Assembly (NCBI GenBank): GCA_023247705.1
Contig: JAHFFY010000008.1
Span: 664 to 64,663, forward strand
Direction: 5' to 3'
From: Candidatus Omnitrophota bacterium
GTDB taxonomy: Bacteria; Omnitrophota; Gorgyraeia; Zapsychrales; JAHFFX01
DNA: 64,000 nt
Part shown: in pieces, positions 1-8,534 of the stretch
How positions within the stretch are numbered: position 1 is the first letter of the stretch
Layout of the letters: every line of letters starts with the position of its first letter
Notes under the pieces: generated by a model
Database searches by the model: none
Told to the model about the DNA's origin: nothing
Seen by the model: only the letters and a program-made list of their open reading frames with translations
Made by a program: the position numbers and the translations under genes

Positions 1-689
1 AGTTTAGCCGCCCGATCCATACGCAATTGATTTCGATATTGCGCAAAGGTGGTCTTTAATTCCTTTTTAAAAAGACGGCTCAGGTAATGGTAACTAATCC
101 CGCTATCCAAAGAAACCTCTCTCAAGGAAATATTACGATGACAATTTTCTCTAATATATTTCATTGCTTTATTTAGGATGACCTGGCGATGCGTGAGATC
201 GCTTCCCTTAAATTGGCTCAGCAGATTAATTTCGTTTTTGATGATGTAATTGACGAACTGCATTAGCAACCCCGCAATCGAACCCATCTGGGAAACATCC
301 AAACGAAACGATGCGTTTTCACCGGTGAATAAAACTCCGGCCACTTCCTCTTTTAATATCAGCGGGACTAGAATCTTTTTGAATCCAGCGGAACACGTGA
401 AATATTGAGGTTTTCTTTCGTTAACGACCTGATTCAAGAGTTCCGGATTAATTTCTGTGCAATTTTTACAGTTGACCGGGCAGGCGCAGGCCTTGAGATT
501 TAAGGATCTTTTTACTGCAGAAAATTTATTGTTTTTTGAAGAGCCTTTTGGAGAAGAAGCAGATTGGAGCAATGTGCCATCGATTTTACGGATCTGCAAT
601 TCGAGACCGCATAGTTTTTGGAATAAAGCCTGGAATTGTTTTAGGATTTCTGTTTGCTCAAAATATTCTAAGAAATAACCGACTGTCAT
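1..689 (-). CDS. AraC-family transcriptional regulator with N-terminal PocR-like sensory domain (runs off window edge)
   Basis: Not in the ORF track. Manual translation from ATG 689: MTVGYFLEYFEQTEILKQFQALFQKLCGLE...FTCSAGFKKILVPLILKEEVAGVLFTGE (PocR-like)...KAMKYIRENCHRNISLREVSLDSGISYHYLSRLFKKELKTTFAQYRNQLRMDRAAK (AraC HTH). Confidence 0.85.
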   Translation of the reverse strand, partial: MTVGYFLEYFEQTEILKQFQALFQKLCGLELQIRKIDGTLLQSASSPKGSSKNNKFSAVKRSLNLKACACPVNCKNCTEINPELLNQVVNERKPQYFTCSAGFKKILVPLILKEEVAGVLFTGENASFRLDVSQMGSIAGLLMQFVNYIIKNEINLLSQFKGSDLTHRQVILNKAMKYIRENCHRNISLREVSLDSGISYHYLSRLFKKELKTTFAQYRNQLRMDRAAK

Positions 690-915
690 GATAAATTATT
701 TTTCTATTACGATTCCTAATCTTTCAGACTGACAATCTAAATTCCAGAAACTTTTATTTGATTCCGCATCAAAAATAAATTTGAGGAAACCTTTATACGC
801 TTGACAATGAAATCTGTCAACAGGACAACATACGACAATCTAGGACAGCCCAAGAATTGATCAAATTTATCGACGAGATATTTCGGAGTGAATTAAAAAA
901 GATTTTAAAAAATTA

Positions 916-1809
916 TTAGAATTGCAGAACAATTCTTTGATTTGAAGTTTTCAGCGTGGCAATTAACGGACTTTCGGGAAGGATATTCTTGCGGTCTTTA
1001 TCTATAGAAACGGCGCTATTCAAATCTGATTTTAGCTGATCAATAAACTGCATATGATCCAATGAATAAAAATTATTGAAGATCATTAAAAATTCAACCA
1101 GATATTTAATGGCATTCTTCAAATTATCAAAAACGCCTACCGAAGAAGGGACAGAGGACAAGATCAGAACATCTTCTTCCTTATGAACATAATCTTTATC
1201 ACCTAAAATACTGGAATGGGCAAAACGGGAGCAAAGGCGGAACGTATAGTCGTATTCCTCTAACAATTCATGACCAGCCATCTTCGCCATATCACGGATC
1301 GAATGTCCGGACCAAGTGATGAGCGCTTTATCGGATACGATCTGATATTTCTTTTTAAACTCTTCGACCTTTTCTGAGATGGCCCGGCTTTTCTTATAAA
1401 ATTTTTCTTTGATTTCGTACGAGGCTTTTTTGATGCGCTGTTCTTCTTCGGGTAAGTAACGTTTAAAAATGATCCATTTATACTCCACGAATCTCACCGC
1501 CAGGCTGTCAGCGGTTTTAGGATTGTTCAAAATAAACTTTATAGCGATCATATTTTCAAGCAGACTGCGCAACAGTGTCGCAACATCTTGTCCATATCCT
1601 TTTGCGCACAGCAAAGAAATCGAAGAATATGTTTTGACCGCTCTTACCCAGAAAAACAGAAAGATCCTTTGGGACGGTGTTAAATCGCCTAAGCTCAAAC
1701 CCCGTTCATTAAATTTTTTAGTCAGGAGATCACTGATTCGATAAGCATCTTCCCCTAATTTAAAAAGTTCCGGGTTGTCATTCAGGATTGCTTTCTGGAC
1801 TTCATCCAT
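916..1809 (-). CDS. DUF5677-like helical protein
   Basis: ORF track (TTG 1824; ATG 1809 preferred). RAVKTYSSISLLC..G..QD.ATLLRSLLEN and W...SIRDMAKMAG...Y...CSRFAHSS resemble DUF5677. Confidence 0.55.
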   Translation of the reverse strand: MDEVQKAILNDNPELFKLGEDAYRISDLLTKKFNERGLSLGDLTPSQRIFLFFWVRAVKTYSSISLLCAKGYGQDVATLLRSLLENMIAIKFILNNPKTADSLAVRFVEYKWIIFKRYLPEEEQRIKKASYEIKEKFYKKSRAISEKVEEFKKKYQIVSDKALITWSGHSIRDMAKMAGHELLEEYDYTFRLCSRFAHSSILGDKDYVHKEEDVLILSSVPSSVGVFDNLKNAIKYLVEFLMIFNNFYSLDHMQFIDQLKSDLNSAVSIDKDRKNILPESPLIATLKTSNQRIVLQF

Positions 1810-1877
1810 TGTATTTGTTTGCACCCTATTCAGCAGAAACGTGGTTCCTCAAAGGATCCAATGAATCTGACAAAAGA

Positions 1878-2195
1878 TCAGCGCAGATTATGCGGCGCGT
1901 CGATTTCCTTGTATAAAGTCAGTTCAATCGGTTGTTTGAAATATTCTTTTGTTTTAGCAAGTAAATTCACGATATATATTTTCTTCAGATGCTCATCCAA
2001 TGCCTGACGATTCTGCCATTTCTCGTAAGAAATTAGATGGGTGGGATCATTGGAGGATTGAAAAACGTCATAGCGCAGACACCCCTTTTCTTTACGCGTC
2101 TGCTCTATGATCAAACCTATTTCCTTTTTAACCTTTTCTTCAACATCTTTTCTAACCTTTATGTTCGCGACAACTACGATAGAATCCGGCATCAT
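1878..2195 (-). CDS. Antibiotic biosynthesis monooxygenase (ABM) / putative quinol monooxygenase
   Basis: TRKEKGCLRYDVFQS.NDP..LISYEKW....ALDEHL is a typical ABM motif. Confidence 0.85.
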   Translation of the reverse strand: MMPDSIVVVANIKVRKDVEEKVKKEIGLIIEQTRKEKGCLRYDVFQSSNDPTHLISYEKWQNRQALDEHLKKIYIVNLLAKTKEYFKQPIELTLYKEIDAPHNLR

Positions 2196-2213
2196 GGCCT
2201 CCTCACTTCAGGT

Positions 2214-3152
2214 TTAAATATTTTCTTCCTTGCGCAAATGAACAACGCGCTGAGGAAATGGAATTTCAATCTTATGTTTCTGGAATTCAAGATAGATATT
2301 ATTATTGATTTCAAACAGCAGATCCCAATAATCGGATTGTTTGCACCAAAGTCTTGCATAAAGATTAATACTCGAATCACCGAATTCTTCAATCCCTACT
2401 TTCAAAATTTTATTCAACGAAACAATACGCGGATTGCTTTTAATCATATCTTTCAAAACCTGCTGGGCTTTGACGACATCCGCATGATAGCCGACGCCAA
2501 CTTTAATATCGAGACGTTTGAATGCCGAAAAATTATGAATAATCTCTCCAATAATATGTTTATTCGGAATAACGATGATGGTCTCATCCACGGTCTTTAA
2601 AATCGTTCTGGGCAACGTCATGTCCTCTACCTGTCCGATCTCTCCAGCAACTTCGATGATGTCGCCGACTTTAAAGGGTTTCGTAAAAATCAAGGTAATC
2701 CCTGCCGCATAATTGGATAAAACGCCTTGCAGAGCCAAACTGGTTCCCACGCCAATAACGCTTAAGCCAGCGATAAACGGGGCGATCTCGATGCCAAATT
2801 TACCCAACGCGATAATTCCGGAAAAAATAAAAATAATTAACTTCAAGCCATAAATAAGAAATTTGGATACGGTCACATCCACAAGGTGTTTATCCAAGAA
2901 CTGTCTAAAGACCCTGGCGGCAAACCTTGCCACCATCCAGCCGATTACTAAAACAACAATCCCTCCGAACACCTGAAAACTATACTTAACAATCGCTTCA
3001 ACAATCAGATTAATCAGTTGTTTGGCTGTGGATATAGGAGAAAAGATTTGTTCACTTTTTTCTTCCATGGCGAGGGCAAGGATCGGGAAAAAGGTCAGGA
3101 CAAAACCGGTGGTCAAAAAACATTTCGATAGCCAATGATGTGTTTTTCTCAT
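2214..3152 (-). CDS. mscS: Small-conductance mechanosensitive channel
   Basis: GVGTSLALQGVLSNYAAG, KPFKVGDIIE, IPN and C-terminal IEIPFPQR motifs. Confidence 0.9.
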   Translation of the reverse strand: MRKTHHWLSKCFLTTGFVLTFFPILALAMEEKSEQIFSPISTAKQLINLIVEAIVKYSFQVFGGIVVLVIGWMVARFAARVFRQFLDKHLVDVTVSKFLIYGLKLIIFIFSGIIALGKFGIEIAPFIAGLSVIGVGTSLALQGVLSNYAAGITLIFTKPFKVGDIIEVAGEIGQVEDMTLPRTILKTVDETIIVIPNKHIIGEIIHNFSAFKRLDIKVGVGYHADVVKAQQVLKDMIKSNPRIVSLNKILKVGIEEFGDSSINLYARLWCKQSDYWDLLFEINNNIYLEFQKHKIEIPFPQRVVHLRKEENI

Positions 3153-3226
3153 AAAAACTCCTAAATTTTAAATCAAATAAAAAGACAAGTTATTCTAGCC
3201 AAAATCAATTCGGTTCGCAACCACTT

Positions 3227-3255
3227 TTGTCAATACTTGCTTTATGTGTTATACT
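3227..3255 (+). promoter_or_regulatory. Sigma70-type promoter upstream of the riboswitch
   Basis: TTGTCA (3227-3232), 17-nt spacer, TATACT (3250-3255), with extended -10 TG at 3247-3248. Confidence 0.65.
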
Positions 3256-3305
3256 TTTGCTGAAAATGACCAATGAGAATGTTTCTTGTTCTTTCCCAAA
3301 GAAAT

Positions 3306-3550
3306 AATAAAGTCAAAGGTAAACTACGTCGAAAGCGTAGGGCCCCTAGATCAAATGTCATCTATCTGATCCAGGGCGGTCGTCAAAAATCGATGACCGA
3401 CAAAGCCTCGAACCTAAATCTCGCTAACTAGTACTTTGTCAAACCCATTTTTAATAGTTGATCCCTCTATACTTTGCAGGAAATCAATTATTAAAAACAA
3501 AATTGACAAAGTACTAGCTAGATATGGTTGTCCGGCTGCCGTAATCTTTA
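3306..3550 (+). ncRNA. c-di-GMP-I (GEMM) riboswitch with two large structured insertions
   Basis: GGTAAA-CTACG(T)C-GAAA-GCGTAG-GGC [insert 3344-3399] AC-AAA-GCC..CCTAAA [long hairpin 3418-3523] TATGG..GGCTGCC. GAAA tetraloop and CCUAA/UAUGG receptor present. Possible P1: TAAAG/CTTTA. Confidence 0.85.
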
Positions 3551-3626
3551 ATAATAAAGATTCCGTTTAATCATCTTTCAGCCCTTCTTTCGCAGAATAC
3601 CTTTGCGCAATATAAAGGGAAGAAAG

Positions 3627-3884
3627 ATGAAAAAAAATTTTATTATCGCATTGATAACTCTTAGCCTATTAAACGGCGCACCCACTCAGTCCGCGGTTAC
3701 GACTCAAGCCGTTTATAAAATATCGGTGACGATTCCTCCCCATGTGGATATCACCGGATTTGACCCTTTAGAGAAAGAAAAGCCTTCTCTTTCCCCTTCA
3801 GAAAATCAAATTAAAGAAATCACGACCGAAGAGACATTGCGCAATAACTTCCCTATTATATTAAAAACAACGACTATCAAATGA
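3627..3884 (+). CDS. Small secreted protein downstream of the riboswitch (pilin-like N-terminal strand)
   Basis: ATG 3627 after AAGGGA. Signal-peptide-like MKKNFIIALITLSLLNGA, then YKISVTIPPHV. Confidence 0.7.
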   Translation: MKKNFIIALITLSLLNGAPTQSAVTTQAVYKISVTIPPHVDITGFDPLEKEKPSLSPSENQIKEITTEETLRNNFPIILKTTTIK

Positions 3885-3907
3885 AGAATCCGTCAGGAAT
3901 CTTCAGA

Positions 3908-3935
3908 GCGCCTCGATGGATATCCATCGGGGCGC
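3908..3935. terminator. GC-rich hairpin between convergent genes
   Basis: GCGCCTCGATGG-ATAT-CCATCGGGGCGC. Confidence 0.55.
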
Positions 3936-3973
3936 AGTCCTTATTTGCGTAAATTTCTTAATCTGAAAAAGGA

Positions 3974-6832
3974 TTATCGTTTTAATTTAAGCGGGACATG
4001 GAGAACATAGGTCGTCCCTTCTTCCAGATGGAAGGTATTCGAGATTTTAATTAATGGAAGATATTCCATAGGAAGAGAATTCACATCGATAAAAACGGTG
4101 TGTTGCCCCTCGGAGATATCATTAAAGAAATAAACGCCCTGAAAATCCGTGATGGTTGTTTCCCTATTATCCAGAGATATCTTAATCCGGGGAATGAGGA
4201 CATCCTGGCTGTCCAATTGCCCATTATGATTTTGATCATAATAGACAACCCCATAAATCCCGGAATGCGACGTTAAGGGAAAATTGAATTTTTGCGTCTG
4301 GTGATGGAATATTTCTACATTTTCATACATTGAGGTAGAAACGATATATTTGTCCGGAACTGTTGCAAGATCCAAATCAATCGAAATCTTTTTCGCCCTC
4401 ACCTTCTTCTGATACCATCCGGTATGATCACTCACCACGGTGCTGTTGCCTACTCTGATCGTGACCCCCGATACCCCCGGTTCATCGCGGTCCTGTATTT
4501 TATTTTGGTTCAAATCATTAAAAACCGTTCCCTCAATCGTTCCCACCGGACTCCAGTTAAAAGGCAAATCCCAGGACGAGCGGATCCCCCAGCGGATATC
4601 GGCTTCATTGTAAGCGCTGCGGCTGGGACTCTCGGCCCAGACATTTCTCAAACGGGTATCAATAAAAAACTGGAAATCATCCGTCGGCCGAAAATTAAAA
4701 CCGATATTTCCCGTCAAGCTATCTTCTCCGGCCAGGAAACTCAACAGGCTGTCCGCTTCCTGTTCGTTGCGGTAAAAAAGCCCCATATCCATCATCCAGA
4801 ATTTACTTAATTCTTTGGAATAGTTCAACCCCGTTGAAAACACCTGCGGGTTTAAATGATCCCCGGACAATTTTTCTTCCAGCCAAGAATATTCATAATC
4901 GGCGAAATAGGATAAATTTTTAATGAGCGGGAGACGAAAACCAGCCGTTGCGGAATACCGGTCAAATTCCGAAGAAGGAGATAACGTAAAACGGCTTCTC
5001 TGATAGTTCACCCCGATAAACGTCGATAAATACCGATCGTTTAGAATACGAAACATCTTGGATAAAGTATTATTCAACCTGAAATTCCGATGAGGCGACA
5101 GGACGCCTGGGGTATCTTGATAATAAATAGAACTTCGCCAATTGGAATCTTGGGACAAAGCGACTCCGGCCGAAGTGCTCAAATCGTAATTCAGACTGTC
5201 CGGATGATCCTGGTTAGGCAAAAAATTGTCTTGATATAAATCGAGATTGGAATAAACATCAAAATGAGGACGGGTAAAACTCCAGACAGCGGTTCCTCCC
5301 ACTTCTCCTCGATTGGCAGGAAAATTGGTCACCGTGACAAAATCTTTATCAATGTCTCTAAAATTCAAATTTAATCTGTTTTTCGGTGTCCCAAATTCAG
5401 TCCGTATTAAACCAGCAAAATTATCTTCATCATAGGCGAGTTCACTGGCTAAAAACGCTTTGGCGAATTTATGTTCCGTTACAACCGAATAAGCTCTCTT
5501 TTTTAAATAATCCGCTCGATGTGATCCATACCCTTGAGCATAATTAAGAGAATATTGATGTGAATCATGCGGGAACAAAGTCACCCTGCCTCCCTCAATA
5601 AACGATTCAACCCTTCCAAATGGATCTGAAGCAAGATACCCAAAAAGAAGACTCTCCCTTCCCCATAACACTGTATAATTAATGTTGCGATTAAAAGCTT
5701 CTGCGTTTAGAAGAACTCCTCGAAAATATTTTCCTTCCAAAGTCAAAGGAGAAAAAGCTTGAGAGGCGTCAAATCCTCTTATACTAAAATTTTTAAAATT
5801 CCCGATCTGACCATTCGTCAGGCCGACTGAATATCCTGTCACCTCGGTCGATTCGCCGAACCGGTTAAAAATCGTATACGTATCAAAATTGCCATACGGA
5901 GTATTTCCGGCAATATTGGTTATTTGGGTGAAATGTAGATTCTGCCGTTCGAGATTCGGTAGGTTATTTCCAATATAATAGGAACTCCAGTCCGAGGCAT
6001 AACCGAATCGAAACGGCTCGATCACTTCATATTGCGCGGCCTTTTGTTGCGCTGGCGTCAGAATCTGCGCTGGGAAATTGACATTGACATTAAACGTCCA
6101 TCGTCCCCGCGCATCCCAGACGTGCAGGAACGTGCCGCCTCTCAACAATCCGATGATTTTAATACGATTCGAATCAAGTCGCTCTACACTTATGAATTGC
6201 GGAGAAACCACCAAAAATTTTTCAATATTCTCGCCTTTAAGAGTAACCTCTTGCTGAATTTCCAGGTTTAAAGCCGTATCCGGCTGGGTCAACCAAAGTT
6301 CATCGTTTAAATCAATATCTTTACTTTGAATCGGTGCCGCCGAGACTGCCCCTGGGGATCCCTTCGCCTGAGCCCGAGGCGCTGGCCATTCTCCCATCGT
6401 GGATACGCTGGGGGCTGCTTGCTTTTTTTGTCTTTCTCCTTTTTTCGGGGGAAATAATTTTTGTTTGGTCGTTCCAGTGGTCTCTTCGGTGGGAACTCCG
6501 GGAGGAAATTCTTTCGTTTTTGTCTGAGGAAAAGGTTTTAGCTCAACGATATTGGATTTCAATTCGACAATCGCCACGCGTCCTTCCTGGATCCGCTTGA
6601 CGAAATTGACCCATTGCCTCGGCTCATCCGAGGACGGATTGGCCAAATGAGCTAATTTAAAATACAAAATTGCTTTTTCGTATTGTTCTTGATTGATTGC
6701 GTCCTTACCTAAATCAATCAGCTCTTTAAAAGAAAGGGATTCTTCACCCTGACTATAAGCCGATAAAGAACAAAAAAAGAGAAAAAGAGTACAGACCAAA
6801 ACAATGGAGAAAAATTTTTTTTGCATAATCAC
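3974..6832 (-). CDS. Usher-like outer-membrane protein (TPR + pilus-formation N-terminal-like domain + beta-barrel + two SdrD-B-like domains)
   Basis: Signal peptide; TPR-like helices; LNLEIQQEVTL..FISVERLDSNRIKIIGLLRGGTFLHVWD; long aromatic-rich beta region; GTVFNDLNQNKIQDRDEPG and GVVYYDQNHNGQLD repeats. Confidence 0.65.
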   Translation of the reverse strand: MIMQKKFFSIVLVCTLFLFFCSLSAYSQGEESLSFKELIDLGKDAINQEQYEKAILYFKLAHLANPSSDEPRQWVNFVKRIQEGRVAIVELKSNIVELKPFPQTKTKEFPPGVPTEETTGTTKQKLFPPKKGERQKKQAAPSVSTMGEWPAPRAQAKGSPGAVSAAPIQSKDIDLNDELWLTQPDTALNLEIQQEVTLKGENIEKFLVVSPQFISVERLDSNRIKIIGLLRGGTFLHVWDARGRWTFNVNVNFPAQILTPAQQKAAQYEVIEPFRFGYASDWSSYYIGNNLPNLERQNLHFTQITNIAGNTPYGNFDTYTIFNRFGESTEVTGYSVGLTNGQIGNFKNFSIRGFDASQAFSPLTLEGKYFRGVLLNAEAFNRNINYTVLWGRESLLFGYLASDPFGRVESFIEGGRVTLFPHDSHQYSLNYAQGYGSHRADYLKKRAYSVVTEHKFAKAFLASELAYDEDNFAGLIRTEFGTPKNRLNLNFRDIDKDFVTVTNFPANRGEVGGTAVWSFTRPHFDVYSNLDLYQDNFLPNQDHPDSLNYDLSTSAGVALSQDSNWRSSIYYQDTPGVLSPHRNFRLNNTLSKMFRILNDRYLSTFIGVNYQRSRFTLSPSSEFDRYSATAGFRLPLIKNLSYFADYEYSWLEEKLSGDHLNPQVFSTGLNYSKELSKFWMMDMGLFYRNEQEADSLLSFLAGEDSLTGNIGFNFRPTDDFQFFIDTRLRNVWAESPSRSAYNEADIRWGIRSSWDLPFNWSPVGTIEGTVFNDLNQNKIQDRDEPGVSGVTIRVGNSTVVSDHTGWYQKKVRAKKISIDLDLATVPDKYIVSTSMYENVEIFHHQTQKFNFPLTSHSGIYGVVYYDQNHNGQLDSQDVLIPRIKISLDNRETTITDFQGVYFFNDISEGQHTVFIDVNSLPMEYLPLIKISNTFHLEEGTTYVLHVPLKLKR

Positions 6833-6876
6833 AGCTGTGCAGGTGAGCCTTACGGAATTTCTTTAAAAAATCCAGA

Positions 6877-7683
6877 TCAATCTCTTTCTTCTAGGATCTT
6901 TGTTTCTGATGCGGATGATTTTGTAAAATCGATCTCTTTGACGACCGATTTTCCATCTCCCAGATCAAAGGTAATGACCATCGTATACTTCCCTAAAGAA
7001 AGATCCTGACTGAAATGCGCCCGGAACTTCGTTTTTTCTCGAGGAGGGATATAAAATTTCTCTACCTCGCCCCGGTCGACAACCACCCCATCCTTTCCCA
7101 AAATATAATAAACCCCGTTTGGAGTAATAATGACATCGCCCGTGTTTTCCAATTCTCCAACAACGGTATTTTGTTCAGCTGATAATCGGCCGACCCTGCC
7201 CTTCTTAATACTGTCGGTCGTTTCCAGAAAAAAAAGACTCCCAACGCGCGTGATGATCTGAACTCCATTGATATCTTTCATTTCCTCGGAAAAATTCTCA
7301 AAGAAAAGAACGCCATAATATCCGCCGTGCGCGTCTTCCGGGACTTTGATGGAATAGGAAATCTTCTTTTTAGATTTTGCCGGAAGAACAAAATCCTGCG
7401 GCGTAAAATGGACCCATTTCGCGATGGAGTTATCCATCGAACCGGCCGGCAAGAAATTTTTCTTCCCATCGAAAGGCGGGAGATAAACAAAATCTTCCCA
7501 GTAGGCCCTGACTTTCACATCTTGATCTGACGTATTATTGAGATTAATGATTCCTTGAGCAGAACCACCGGGGGCAACAGAGAACGAGACCTTGCCTTCT
7601 TCAATTAATAACTGAGCAAACACCGTCTGAAGAGGGAACAAAACAACATTAAAGAATAAACCAAGGAGTAAAAATTTTTTCAT
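6877..7683 (-). CDS. Fimbrial chaperone-like periplasmic protein
   Basis: Signal peptide; I.LNN.SD..VKVRAY.EDF, W..F.P..F.L and GGYYGVLFFE, then a second Ig-like domain with ENTGDV, as in PapD/EcpB-like chaperones. Confidence 0.7.
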   Translation of the reverse strand: MKKFLLLGLFFNVVLFPLQTVFAQLLIEEGKVSFSVAPGGSAQGIINLNNTSDQDVKVRAYWEDFVYLPPFDGKKNFLPAGSMDNSIAKWVHFTPQDFVLPAKSKKKISYSIKVPEDAHGGYYGVLFFENFSEEMKDINGVQIITRVGSLFFLETTDSIKKGRVGRLSAEQNTVVGELENTGDVIITPNGVYYILGKDGVVVDRGEVEKFYIPPREKTKFRAHFSQDLSLGKYTMVITFDLGDGKSVVKEIDFTKSSASETKILEERD

Positions 7684-7694
7684 ATTCTAACTTT

Positions 7695-7722
7695 AAGAGG
7701 GCAAGTATCCACTTGCCCTCTT
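7695..7722 (-). terminator. Stem-loop 3' of the pilin gene (mRNA stabiliser or partial terminator)
   Basis: AAGAGGGCAAGT-ATCC-ACTTGCCCTCTT, a perfect 12-bp stem. Confidence 0.6.
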
Positions 7723-7759
7723 CTTTCTATCAATGATTTCTGAACTTTTAACCGACAGA

Positions 7760-8416
7760 TTATGTTGCCGTCGCTGAAATCAACAATGTCCCGGTATAAC
7801 TCCCGGGCTTGTCGGCGTTTGAAAACACCTCTGATCCTGCCGGTTCCGCAGGAACGGCATTGACATCGCCGGTGTTAACACCAAGGTACATTCTAAGCCA
7901 TCCTCCAGAGGTCTCAGTGGACGTGATGGCCTCTCCGCTAATATTCTTGAGCAGTTTTTTGGGCCCATGGTTTCCCATCAAGGCGTCGCTGGTGATATCG
8001 TTTCCATTCTGATCTTTGCCAACAAAAGTGGTTTTGGCGAAGGTAATGGTTGCCTTTGACCCCAAACCGCCGTGTGTTGTTCCAACGTTGGGATGGTTCG
8101 CACTCTCGGTATAAGTGATATTAGCGCTCGGACTCCCGGCTCCACCTGTGGCGACGACATCAATCGCAAAATAATGGTTGGGTAGATAAATATTGATATT
8201 CGGAGTAAAAGTCATCGGATCAAAACTGAGGCTCGATCCAGTAACCGAGGTGAACTGCTTAGTGTTTGTATTGACGGATGAAACGATGATCCCTGCTCCG
8301 GTTGCCGCCGGCACACTCGCCGATACAGTAAACGTCTGATCCACCGCAAAGGTCACTGGAGCTAGCACGAGTAATCCTCCGATCACCAGACCTAAAATCA
8401 TTAATTTCTTTCTCAT
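7760..8416 (-). CDS. Putative major fimbrial subunit
   Basis: Strong RBS AAAGGAG; signal peptide; N-terminal FTVSASVP strand; C-terminal PGSYTGTLLISAT strand typical of Csu/CS1-like pilins. Confidence 0.7.
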   Translation of the reverse strand: MRKKLMILGLVIGGLLVLAPVTFAVDQTFTVSASVPAATGAGIIVSSVNTNTKQFTSVTGSSLSFDPMTFTPNINIYLPNHYFAIDVVATGGAGSPSANITYTESANHPNVGTTHGGLGSKATITFAKTTFVGKDQNGNDITSDALMGNHGPKKLLKNISGEAITSTETSGGWLRMYLGVNTGDVNAVPAEPAGSEVFSNADKPGSYTGTLLISATAT

Positions 8417-8534
8417 TTTGTTTCTCCTTTCGTAAGTAGCCAGTGAGATAGTTAAATAATTGTTTCATTCTAAAGACTTCTCACTGTTTTGCAACAACAA
8501 ATACCAGTAAATATCAATAAATTTTATCCCTTCA

